Origin: an uncultured archaeon
Lineage (GTDB): Archaea; Asgardarchaeota; Heimdallarchaeia; Heimdallarchaeales; Heimdallarchaeaceae
Assembly: GCA_964549075.1 (NCBI GenBank)
Contig: CAZJUB010000059.1
Location: 1 to 16,466, forward strand
Direction of reading: 5' to 3'
Length of the DNA: 16,466 nt
Below, one piece after another: positions 1-8,394 of the stretch; within the stretch, counting starts at the first letter, position 1, and the number at the start of each line of letters is the position of its first letter. The notes beneath the pieces are model-generated. The model did no database searches, had not been told where the DNA came from, and saw only the letters and a list, made by a program, of their open reading frames with translations. The translations under genes were made by a program, and so were the position numbers.

Positions 1-416
1 AGCTTAGTAAAAACATTGAAAGTATCAGTTTCCAAGTCAAAATAGTCCATTTCGTCGAAATCTTGTCGAGTTGTATTCGCGAGAATGATGTTCTTTTTGG
101 GAAGGCCAGTTGTACCGCCAGTTTCAGCCACTTGAAGCTCAACTCCTGGAGTCTTTGCATAATATTCATGTGCCCACCTAGTAGTTGTGAAATTTACAGA
201 TTTATCTCTAAAGACATTAGGATCTGTTGGACCAAGATGTTCTGCTAAATCTTGCCAACTTTGTATGTCCCCTTTCCTCACATTTCTCTCTTTTGATAGT
301 TCTATCAAATACGGGGAACCCAATTCTTCACTTATTGCTATATCAACACATTCTATCAGAAAGTCTTTCTGATCTAGTTTGTTGATGATTGTTTTTTGAG
401 CGGATGTAGACGCCAT
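1..416 (-). CDS. Partial ANL-superfamily adenylate-forming enzyme (PaaK/EhpF-like); 3' end lies outside the window
   Basis: Manually translated open frame from ATG at 416 to the window edge (138 codons): MASTSAQKTIINKLDQKDFLIECVDIAISEELGSPYLIELSKERNVRKGDIQSWQDLAEHLG...ELQVAETGGTTGLPKKNIILAN. ETGGTTGLPK (nt 125-96) matches the ANL P-loop (TSGTTGxPK). The N-terminal SPY...DIQSWQDL resembles the phenylacetate-CoA ligase N-terminus. Confidence 0.8.
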   Translation of the reverse strand, partial: MASTSAQKTIINKLDQKDFLIECVDIAISEELGSPYLIELSKERNVRKGDIQSWQDLAEHLGPTDPNVFRDKSVNFTTTRWAHEYYAKTPGVELQVAETGGTTGLPKKNIILANTTRQDFDEMDYFDLETDTFNVFTK

Positions 417-452
417 AAGTCTTTTCACCGACTCAATAATAAAACTAATTCA

Positions 453-460
453 TTTATAAA
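453..460 (-). promoter_or_regulatory. Candidate TATA box for the ANL-enzyme gene
   Basis: TTTATAAA about 37 nt upstream of the minus-strand ATG at 416. The AT-rich background limits certainty. Confidence 0.4.
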
Positions 461-566
461 GTCGCAGAATCTATTTAAAGTGAATATCTCTATGCATTAC
501 TCTGCTTTTTATAATCAAGCTTATCATATATCAAGTTATTCAATCATTTTTTTCTTAATTATTCAA

Positions 567-581
567 AGAAAATCTTTTAAG
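567..581 (+). promoter_or_regulatory. Candidate BRE/TATA promoter
   Basis: AGAAAA followed by CTTTTAAG, ending about 26 nt before the ATG at 607. Confidence 0.4.
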
Positions 582-606
582 TCATTATGAGAATTTTATA
601 TTTGCA

Positions 607-1902
607 ATGAAAATGAAAAAACGCTTAATTTTCTCATTTTATTTTGTAATAAATTTAGTTTTTCTATCTTCTACAATTACTGCTGCTAAATCTTCTTCTC
701 CTATTCTCAAATGGATTGCTCCCCTTGGAGATATTAGTGCTAATATTATTGGCTTTGATTCTGAAGGTAATCTACTAGTTTTTCATAATGGTCCAGGTGA
801 TATTAGAGAAGTTATGACTAAATTTTCCCCTAACGGAGAGGTTTTACTTAATTCAACTGGAGGTTTTGTTCTTTTAGATACGGATGAATTTGAACTTTGC
901 ATTAATGGAAGTGATTGGATATTTGTTGCTGATTTATCCTGTCCAGCAGGTTATTGTCACTTAGACTTATACATCTTTGATAACTTCTTTAACAAAACTA
1001 TAGATGGCATCCATCTTGATAATCTAGGATATTCTTATGAAGGCTATTTTGACATATATTGTTTATCTAATAAAAATTACTTCTACCATTTTAACTACAT
1101 AAATGCATACAATGATTCTGTTCATGAAGTTTCATGGACTGGTGAAGCTTATATCCAGAAATATTATTTTGAAGTTATTCTTGAGGATTTTTATGGTTTC
1201 ACAGATTACGCTCTTTCAGGCAATATGATACTAAACGAAAGTTTTGTTCCTGAAGGAAAGGCTATCCATATGTTCGAGAATAATAATAATCTGGTTATTG
1301 TTACGACTTCCGAATTATATATTTTAGATGCTTTCAATGCTGTTGTAAAAAACCACAAATCATTAGATCACGAAGTAGATTGCTGTTCTGCTCTTGACAA
1401 TGGCGTGCTGATTTCATATTGGGATTCTTCCCCATATAATTCCGACTATATCTTTGAATTTTATGACTACAATTGCAATAGATTGTGGTTAAAAGAGTTC
1501 CCTTTACTATATGATGAGCAGAATATTTGGAACATAGAAGCTAATGAAAAGTATTTTTCGTTTCAAAGAAGAGAGAATGATGAAAATCGTGATATTTTTA
1601 ATTATGGAATTTATGTTTATAATAGTAAAGGTATACTTCAAACAGAACTCTTTCATAATCTAGCAAAATATGACTTTGATACCAAAGGATGGTTTTATTA
1701 TACTGATGTAATGCTTTCTAAAGAGACACAATTTTACTGTGCAATGAACAATGATTCTGCTGAATCTTTCTCTAGTATATTCGCTTACTCATTTGTTGAA
1801 ATTTCAAAAACAAATGGATACTCAATATCTTTGATGGGAATTTCTCTTCTGCTACTATATTACATTTATAGGAAAAATAGAAAGAAATATACTAAGCACT
1901 AA
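607..1902 (+). CDS. Secreted, membrane-anchored surface protein, probably beta-propeller-like
   Basis: 431 aa with a signal peptide (MKMKKRLIFSFYFVINLVFLSS). Blade-like motifs: IGFDSEGNLLV, TKFSPNGEVLL, FYDYNCNRLW, VYNSKGILQ. C-terminus is TNGY + hydrophobic helix + RKNRKK. Confidence 0.7.
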   Translation: MKMKKRLIFSFYFVINLVFLSSTITAAKSSSPILKWIAPLGDISANIIGFDSEGNLLVFHNGPGDIREVMTKFSPNGEVLLNSTGGFVLLDTDEFELCINGSDWIFVADLSCPAGYCHLDLYIFDNFFNKTIDGIHLDNLGYSYEGYFDIYCLSNKNYFYHFNYINAYNDSVHEVSWTGEAYIQKYYFEVILEDFYGFTDYALSGNMILNESFVPEGKAIHMFENNNNLVIVTTSELYILDAFNAVVKNHKSLDHEVDCCSALDNGVLISYWDSSPYNSDYIFEFYDYNCNRLWLKEFPLLYDEQNIWNIEANEKYFSFQRRENDENRDIFNYGIYVYNSKGILQTELFHNLAKYDFDTKGWFYYTDVMLSKETQFYCAMNNDSAESFSSIFAYSFVEISKTNGYSISLMGISLLLLYYIYRKNRKKYTKH

Positions 1903-1922
1903 ACAATCTATTTATATTAAAT

Positions 1923-1930
1923 TTTATAAA
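1923..1930 (+). promoter_or_regulatory. Candidate TATA box (leaderless-type spacing)
   Basis: TTTATAAA ending 26 nt upstream of the ATG at 1956, with no evident RBS. Confidence 0.5.
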
Positions 1931-1955
1931 ACACTTGTTGCTTATTAAATAATAC

Positions 1956-2846
1956 ATGGATGATAAATATCTTGAACAACTTCCTCTTTCAAAAATTAAG
2001 CAACTGGATTATTCTGTTATCTCTTGGTTACAAACTGACTATGTTGAAGTAGAAGCTAGAATTAAGCTTCGAGTATTCAAGATTCCTTCTCAAAAACCTG
2101 AGGCAAAAATAAATATAGTTGTAGTCGCTGGATTATGTTCTAATTTTCTTGGTTGGATAGATATCGATTATCAGCTATCAAAGATTGCTAATATTTTCCA
2201 TATTGAAACTCGTGAGAAAAAATCTGCAATTCATTCTAAAAGAAGAATTAATTACTCTATGGACCAATATGCATTAGATATTAAGTCTGTTATTAAACAC
2301 TTTAATTTAGATAAGAAAGGATTCTTCCTATTTGGAGATTCTTTTGGTTCAGAAGTTGTCATTAAATATTTAGATAAGAAATTTACTCCTCCAAAGGGCT
2401 TGATATTGATTAGCCCAGAACAAAGTTTCTCGTTTTCCTTATGGATGAAAATAATCTTCACAATCTTTCCTTACTGGTTATTTTATCCACTTATACCTTT
2501 TTTAAAATTCATTCTTAAATATCTCAGAACTGATATGAAAACTGATCCGGGGACTTATTATATGAATAGTAGAAATATTGTTACTAGTGATCCAAAGAGA
2601 ATGAAACGAAGTGCTCTTGGATTATTTATCTATAAATCATCAGCTGATTATCAAAAAATCACTTGCCCTACTTTTATCATTGCAGCTTCAACTGATAAGA
2701 TGCATAGTTATGAAAAAAGTTTGGAAATTGCTGAAAAAATCCCTGATACAATTTTTGAAGATGTGACCAATTATCAAGAGACTCACAACAGGAAAATAGC
2801 TAGGAAAATAATGGAATTTATTAAGAAGATAGATAAAGAAGGATAA
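1956..2846 (+). CDS. Alpha/beta-fold hydrolase (esterase/lipase-like)
   Basis: 296 aa. IVVVAGL oxyanion region, G-D-S-F-G nucleophile elbow (Ser129), ITCPTFIIAASTD acid strand, and a C-terminal His (ETHN). Confidence 0.9.
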   Translation: MDDKYLEQLPLSKIKQLDYSVISWLQTDYVEVEARIKLRVFKIPSQKPEAKINIVVVAGLCSNFLGWIDIDYQLSKIANIFHIETREKKSAIHSKRRINYSMDQYALDIKSVIKHFNLDKKGFFLFGDSFGSEVVIKYLDKKFTPPKGLILISPEQSFSFSLWMKIIFTIFPYWLFYPLIPFLKFILKYLRTDMKTDPGTYYMNSRNIVTSDPKRMKRSALGLFIYKSSADYQKITCPTFIIAASTDKMHSYEKSLEIAEKIPDTIFEDVTNYQETHNRKIARKIMEFIKKIDKEG

Positions 2847-3009
2847 AATAGCTAATTGGAAGTTGACTCACTCTATAAACCGAACCTTATTCCTTCATCA
2901 TCAGTTTCGATTTCATGATCCAGTGTTTTACACTTCTCACGAATGAAGCAATTGTCAATACTATAGATAATGCAAGAGAACTTAAGCAGATTTCTAATTT
3001 TTCATTATG

Positions 3010-3694
3010 CTACGAAGATTCCTCATAAGTTTCTTCCTGCTTATTTTTCTTGAAAGTTGATATTAACTGCATTACGAATGTTCCTACTATTAAACAGATT
3101 ATCACTATTTCCAACCAGAATTCAACGATAATAATATAGGTTCCAATTATTGTTATCCATTCTACAGAAATGCGGATTAAAAAAAAGATAAACGATTCAG
3201 CTCCTAAAGCATAGAAGCTATAAGCCATGTATCCTTTCGTTTCATGTCTATATGTTATTCCTGTAAATACAAGTGCTAGAAGGAAGGAAATTTCTATTAC
3301 TATCAGATTACTTAGTATATTTGAGGTATCTGTATTATTTCTAAAATAGAACATGAACAAAGACTCTTTGTTTAGAATTGAGAAAACTAGATTTACAATC
3401 CCAGAATATTAGAGCTAGAATTCTGTCAAGTTGTAGATAGTATTTACTTGTTTTTGCGATAGCTAATGAAATTGCGATCAAGCTGAAGGCTATAATGTAA
3501 GGAGTGAAGAGAAATGGTTGATAGTAATTTAAAACCTCAAAATCTAAAGACTTGTAATATATCGCAAAGAACACTATTCTTACTATAAAATACCAAGTTA
3601 AAAAGAATCCAGCTAATCCTAAGAGTATCCATTTTTCTTTGTTAATTTCTTCCCAAATCGATTTATTACTCAATCTAACACAATATCCAAGCAT
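3010..3694 (-). pseudogene. Polytopic membrane protein gene split by a frameshift (or assembly indel)
   Basis: Two overlapping hydrophobic ORFs (3341-3694 and 3010-3360). The downstream frame is open from 3408 and reads GIVNLVFSILNKESLFMFYF, which continues the helix ILALIF of the upstream frame. The upstream frame turns polar after about 3400. The true start may be TTG at 3673. Confidence 0.7.
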
Positions 3695-3778
3695 AGAATA
3701 GCAATTCTTGATATTTTTATGTGTTTCTAGTATCGAAAAATTTTGGTAATTATCACTAAAGATTTAACCCTACCAGTT

Positions 3779-3793
3779 GAAAAAGATTTATAT
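3779..3793 (+). promoter_or_regulatory. Candidate BRE/TATA promoter
   Basis: GAAAAAGA followed by TTTATAT, about 33 nt upstream of the ATG at 3826. Confidence 0.45.
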
Positions 3794-3825
3794 CATCTGT
3801 TTTAACAATATTTTTGGTTTATAAT

Positions 3826-5037
3826 ATGAAAAATTCTAAAAATCTGACTAAAATTTTCATTTTCATTTTATTATTACAAACGTTTACATTCATTTCAAGT
3901 ACAAATTCTAGGGCACTAATTATTGATCCTAAATTAATAGATGATTCATTGTTTGGCAAAAAAACTCTTCAAATTTCTGATCTTGATTGGAAATTTGGTA
4001 AATTCGTCAGAAATTGGACTGATCCTTTCATTCCTTTAACCGGTGGGGGATATGAATATGAAGTTAATGAAACTTCTGTCCATATTAAGGAAACTGGACC
4101 TGGGAGCTATATGAGTCAACTTACTTGCTATACTACTGTTGATGTTCTTGATGAGAAATTTGCTTTAACTTTTGAGTATAAAGTCAAATCTATTACAGCT
4201 GGTGAAAGTGATTTTATCTTCTATCTTGTCGACCCTCAAACTAACATAAGTCTCAAATATCCAAAGATAGAGATACCAAGATTAAATCCGGAATTAGAAT
4301 CTGATTTTCATAAAGCATCTATTCAAACTGTTCTGGAAGGTTATCAACAAGTTATCTTAGTCTTCATCTGCAGAGATGAGTCACCTTTGAATGATGAACA
4401 AGAGTTCTGGATTCAAAAACTCAAGTACTATGTTAATGGAGATTTACCAGATATTTTTCCTAACTCTTATTCAAGTTTTAGTGGTTTGAACTGGGAAGTA
4501 GGTTCATTTGGTTGGTATCCTTATTTCTTCCCTGAAGAAGCTCAACCTCTGGTAGATTATGACTATGTAATCAATGATACTCTTATGTATTTTGAAGAAA
4601 CAGGTGCTGGAACATACAAACAATGGGTAGGCGCAGCTACTACTGTGAACTCACGGGGTAGATATTTCTCGATTTCCTTTGATGCAAAAATGGAACGTGA
4701 TTTAGGATATAATGGTAACTTCTGGCTTTTCTTTTATGATGCTTCAACAAGAGAGAGAATTTATACAGCAATAGCAGGAATGAATTTAGGTGACTATAAT
4801 TCGATTAAAGACACTGGCTGGGTTCACTTCGAGCTCAAATTAGATTTCCCAGAATATGAGAATATTATACTCTTATTTTCTCATATAGATGATTATAATG
4901 CAAATATTCATTCTAAGTTCTGGATTTCTAATCTGAAAATAAAACCTTTACAAAGGCTTCATTCTCATGAACCTATTAGAAATGAAGAATTGCTTACAAC
5001 TTATGTTCTGACCTCTGATAGAGAACCGAATTTCTGA
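3826..5037 (+). CDS. Secreted protein with two tandem homologous beta-sandwich (CBM/galactose-binding-like) domains
   Basis: ATG at 3826 is preferred over TTG at 3814. Signal peptide MKNSKNLTKIFIFILLLQTF. Clear internal duplication of about 155 aa (nt ~3973-4431 vs ~4477-4944). No C-terminal TM helix. Confidence 0.75.
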   Translation: MKNSKNLTKIFIFILLLQTFTFISSTNSRALIIDPKLIDDSLFGKKTLQISDLDWKFGKFVRNWTDPFIPLTGGGYEYEVNETSVHIKETGPGSYMSQLTCYTTVDVLDEKFALTFEYKVKSITAGESDFIFYLVDPQTNISLKYPKIEIPRLNPELESDFHKASIQTVLEGYQQVILVFICRDESPLNDEQEFWIQKLKYYVNGDLPDIFPNSYSSFSGLNWEVGSFGWYPYFFPEEAQPLVDYDYVINDTLMYFEETGAGTYKQWVGAATTVNSRGRYFSISFDAKMERDLGYNGNFWLFFYDASTRERIYTAIAGMNLGDYNSIKDTGWVHFELKLDFPEYENIILLFSHIDDYNANIHSKFWISNLKIKPLQRLHSHEPIRNEELLTTYVLTSDREPNF

Positions 5038-5055
5038 GCTTGATGTTGAATAACC

Positions 5056-5075
5056 TCTCTTTCTATTTTTTATTT
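5056..5075 (+). terminator. Pyrimidine/oligo-T tract, possible archaeal terminator
   Basis: TCTCTTTCTATTTTTTATTT shortly after the stop at 5037. Confidence 0.35.
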
Positions 5076-5241
5076 CATCGTTAGACTTTCTGCTAAGTGT
5101 AGATAAATCGAAAATTGGTATAGATTTTTTCTAAAAATTGATATTTATATCTGTAAGACTTCTGTTATTTCAACTAATATTCGTAGGAATATGTTTTTAA
5201 GATAAAAGATAGAAATACTTTTTTGAATTCGAGGAATTCTT

Positions 5242-7047
5242 ATGAAACGGCGAAATTTACTTACATTTACAGTGTTTTTGTTTTTAATTTTTATCAGTAC
5301 AAATATCAGAGAAAATTCTGTTCTTTCAGATACTTCAGGAACTTATGTTGAAGATTTTACTACGACAACTAAACTAGATACTTCCAATACTGATGCTATC
5401 GGTTGGGGTACTGGCTCTTTACAACTTCCCGTAGAAGATCCAGCTTATGCTGATCTTATCAAAGTCAGCACTACCTGCAATAATGTCCTTATAGATGGGA
5501 ACTATGCTTATCTTACATGTGGAAGTAGTGGTTTATTCATCTTTGATATCTCCAATCCTACTAATTTGAATCTGGTGGGCTATTACAATGATTCTGTTGA
5601 GGTTAATACATTCTATGCAGTTGTTGTTGAAGATGATATCGCTTACCTTGCAAATGGTGGAGACGGGTTATTCATACTTAATGTAACAGATAAAGCTAAT
5701 CCCACAAAGCTTGGTGAGATTGATCTTTACCATGGTTTAGATGTGAAAGTGCAAGGAAATTATGCTTATATGGCTTGCTATTCTGGAGGTATCAGAATTA
5801 TTGACGTATCCAATCTTGCTATTCCAGTTGACGTTACAAATGGTACAGGTAGTTATTTTGGTGCTTCTGCAGATGCTGAAGGTATAACTGTCTCTGGTAA
5901 CCGTCTTTATGTCACAGTGAATTATGCAGGTTTAGATGTTTATGATATCACCACTCCTTATCTTCCAATTTTACTCGACAACATTGATCTTAATGGATAT
6001 GCTGAGAAAGTGAAGATTAGAGACAATAGAGCTTACGTTGTTTGTGATTTAGGGGGATTGCAAATAGTTGATATTTCTGATCCGTACAATCTTACTAGAA
6101 CAGATTGGTTAGATGACAATACCAGGTTCTATGGTGTAGATTTGCAAGATGACTATGTTATAGTGACTGGCAGAGAAGGATCGAGTGATTATCTGCTGAA
6201 AATCTATGATATAAGTGATCTTGACAATCCCAAAGAAGCTGGTTTTTATAGCTTGGATAGCACAGGATTTGCTGTCGCAGCTTCTGGATATTATCTTTAT
6301 GTTGCAGCAGGTTCAGCTGGATTGTATTCTTTACAGATAGCAAATAGTGGAGGATATTTCGCTGAAAATTATAAAACCTCAGCTACAGCCCAATCATCCT
6401 ACATTTACTTTGCTACAGTTGGAGAACAGCTAGAAAAAGTAACAGTAACAGTTTCTGATACTCTGGATGCTGGTACTTCTATAGATTACTATGTATCCGC
6501 AAGTGGAGGAAATTGGGAACCCATCACTCCTGGTGTAGAACATTACTTTACAGCTGTAGGTGCAATTCTTTATTGGAAAGCTGAATTATCTACTAGTGAT
6601 ATTACTACCACTCCAATTCTCAATTCTATCACTCTTGATTACTACGCTGTTGATGTAGGTATAGAATTACTCTCACCTGCTAATGGTGTATATATCCAAG
6701 ATACAACACCTTCTTTTGACTGGTCAGATGTATCAGGAGCTTATGGATATTTAATACAAATATCAACTTCTGCAACTTTTCGTGGAGTAGAAATAAACGA
6801 GAGTCTCTTTATGTCTCCGTCTGAATATACAGTTACAACACCTCTTACATATGGGCAATACTACTATTGGCGTATTGCTTATTATATCGACTATTCCAGT
6901 TATAGTGCCTTTAGTAGTGCTTTCTATTTCATCTTAGATGATGAACCTATAGTCAATGAGTTTGGAGTTATTGCATCCATATTTGGATTGATCTTTATTG
7001 TCGGGATTTCTAGCACTTTAATTTATATTAAAAGAAGAAAGAGATAA
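5242..7047 (+). CDS. LVIVD-repeat (beta-propeller) cell-surface protein with Ig/FN3-like domain and C-terminal anchor
   Basis: 601 aa with a GAGG RBS at 5231-5234 and a signal peptide. About 7 LVIVD-type repeats (GNYAYL...GLFIFDISNP, DIAYLANGGDGLFILNVTDKANP, GIRIIDVSN, GLDVYDITTP, GLQIVDISDP, LKIYDISDLDNP). Ig-like LLSPANG...TPSFDWSDV...YYYWRI. Ends VNEF + TM + KRRKR. Confidence 0.9.
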   Translation: MKRRNLLTFTVFLFLIFISTNIRENSVLSDTSGTYVEDFTTTTKLDTSNTDAIGWGTGSLQLPVEDPAYADLIKVSTTCNNVLIDGNYAYLTCGSSGLFIFDISNPTNLNLVGYYNDSVEVNTFYAVVVEDDIAYLANGGDGLFILNVTDKANPTKLGEIDLYHGLDVKVQGNYAYMACYSGGIRIIDVSNLAIPVDVTNGTGSYFGASADAEGITVSGNRLYVTVNYAGLDVYDITTPYLPILLDNIDLNGYAEKVKIRDNRAYVVCDLGGLQIVDISDPYNLTRTDWLDDNTRFYGVDLQDDYVIVTGREGSSDYLLKIYDISDLDNPKEAGFYSLDSTGFAVAASGYYLYVAAGSAGLYSLQIANSGGYFAENYKTSATAQSSYIYFATVGEQLEKVTVTVSDTLDAGTSIDYYVSASGGNWEPITPGVEHYFTAVGAILYWKAELSTSDITTTPILNSITLDYYAVDVGIELLSPANGVYIQDTTPSFDWSDVSGAYGYLIQISTSATFRGVEINESLFMSPSEYTVTTPLTYGQYYYWRIAYYIDYSSYSAFSSAFYFILDDEPIVNEFGVIASIFGLIFIVGISSTLIYIKRRKR

Positions 7048-7070
7048 TTCTTTCTTTCACATTATTTTTT
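7048..7070 (+). terminator. Oligo-T tract between convergent genes
   Basis: TTCTTTCTTTCACATTATTTTTT in the 23-nt gap between the convergent stops at 7047 and 7071. Confidence 0.4.
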
Positions 7071-8339
7071 CTAAAATTTTTTTCTTAACTTGATTCTTAT
7101 AGTAGCCCATAGTAAAGGTATCGCAAGTTTTGGTTTGAAGAAGCTGAGTTTATCTTGTGAACCAGTCATAATTTTTGCCCATGTAATAAGGTATTCTACT
7201 CCCTTCTTGTTACAAAGATAAGCAAAAGCATCTAGAAAGATAGGCATCTTTCCCAAAACCTTAACCATTCTATTCGACCATTTGAAATCCTTCCCAAAAG
7301 ATTTCATCCATTTGTTCTGATAATTTTTCAGCATTTTTGCGCTGAGATCTTGTTTTTCGAATCCTTCAGCAATAGTTTCAGCTGCTAGTTCTCCTGCATC
7401 CATTGCATATTGTAACCCTTCACCTGTTAAAGGATCTATATGTCCAGCTGCATCTCCTACCACCAGAAAATGGTCATCATAACTTTTCTTGACTCCTCCT
7501 AATCTAAGTGGGGCTGCATTGATTGGTTCTATTTTTGCTTTAGGTCCTAGTACTTCAACTAGATAAGGTTCTTGAGTAAGAAATTCGTTATGAACTTTTT
7601 CCAATTCACTTGTTTGATATTTTCCTCCTGGGATAATATAACAACAAAAAACTAAGTCATCATTTGCTTCTTTGAATAGAGCAACATAACCTGGATGAAT
7701 ATCTCTTGTATATAGACATATTCCGTCGTCTTTGTAATTATGGGTACCAGCTTTCACATAAACACTTGTACAAACAGCTCCAGGAGGATCTTTGACCACT
7801 CCAAGTGTTCGAGCTATTTTCGAAACAGCTCCATCTGCAGCTATCAAGACTCTAGCTCTGATTCGAGGTAAGTTTTTATCGAAAGCTCGAATGGTCCAAA
7901 TTTCTTTCTTTTCTGAAAACTTCACTTCTTTGACATTGTATTCATCTGCAAAAGTTGCTCCTTCTCTAACAGCTGCTTGAATCATTTTATAATCTGCAAT
8001 TTCTCGTTTTATAGCTATAATCAAATTCTTTCCAATAGCGACAGCAGAATTATCAATGTATTGGATACCTCGAGGACTAATCAAGCCACCTACCGCAGCC
8101 CAATTGCCTTCCTTATTATCTAGAATATCTTGAAAAATATCCATTTTCTTCATATGAGTTTGGGCTCGAACAGGATAAGCTTCTCCACAATATTTTCTCC
8201 TAGGGAATTTTTCTTTATCAAGAACAATCACTTTCAAACCTTTTTTAGCAAGGTAAAAACTTGAAGAAGAACCTCCAGGACCAGCTCCTATAACACATAC
8301 ATCAAAAATAGATTTTGAAACAGATTCAATGGATGACAT
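7071..8339 (-). CDS. Geranylgeranyl-reductase-family FAD-dependent oxidoreductase
   Basis: 422 aa. FDVCVIGAGPGG Rossmann motif, FPRRKYCG, IAADGAVS, and VGDAAGHIDPLTGEGLQYAM are all typical of the GGR/FixC family. Confidence 0.92.
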   Translation of the reverse strand: MSSIESVSKSIFDVCVIGAGPGGSSSSFYLAKKGLKVIVLDKEKFPRRKYCGEAYPVRAQTHMKKMDIFQDILDNKEGNWAAVGGLISPRGIQYIDNSAVAIGKNLIIAIKREIADYKMIQAAVREGATFADEYNVKEVKFSEKKEIWTIRAFDKNLPRIRARVLIAADGAVSKIARTLGVVKDPPGAVCTSVYVKAGTHNYKDDGICLYTRDIHPGYVALFKEANDDLVFCCYIIPGGKYQTSELEKVHNEFLTQEPYLVEVLGPKAKIEPINAAPLRLGGVKKSYDDHFLVVGDAAGHIDPLTGEGLQYAMDAGELAAETIAEGFEKQDLSAKMLKNYQNKWMKSFGKDFKWSNRMVKVLGKMPIFLDAFAYLCNKKGVEYLITWAKIMTGSQDKLSFFKPKLAIPLLWATIRIKLRKKF

Positions 8340-8394
8340 TGGATGTTTTCTTCAATAGCTTAAATTTAAAATTTTTCACAAAGATAAACTAGAC

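Noticed and set aside
63-590. Short plus-strand ORFs 63-248, 187-372 and 396-590
   Set aside because: They are antisense shadows of the minus-strand ANL gene or span the divergent promoter region, and have no protein-like motifs.
3010-3012. Pyrrolysine or stop-codon recoding at the TAG
   Set aside because: No pyl genes or tRNA are visible, TAG terminates other intact genes here (7071, 15956), and the acidic tail before it looks like a natural C-terminus.
5225-5239. GAATTC-GAG-GAATTC hairpin covering the RBS of the LVIVD gene
   Set aside because: It has only a 6-bp AT-rich stem with a 3-nt loop, too weak to call a riboregulator without conservation data.
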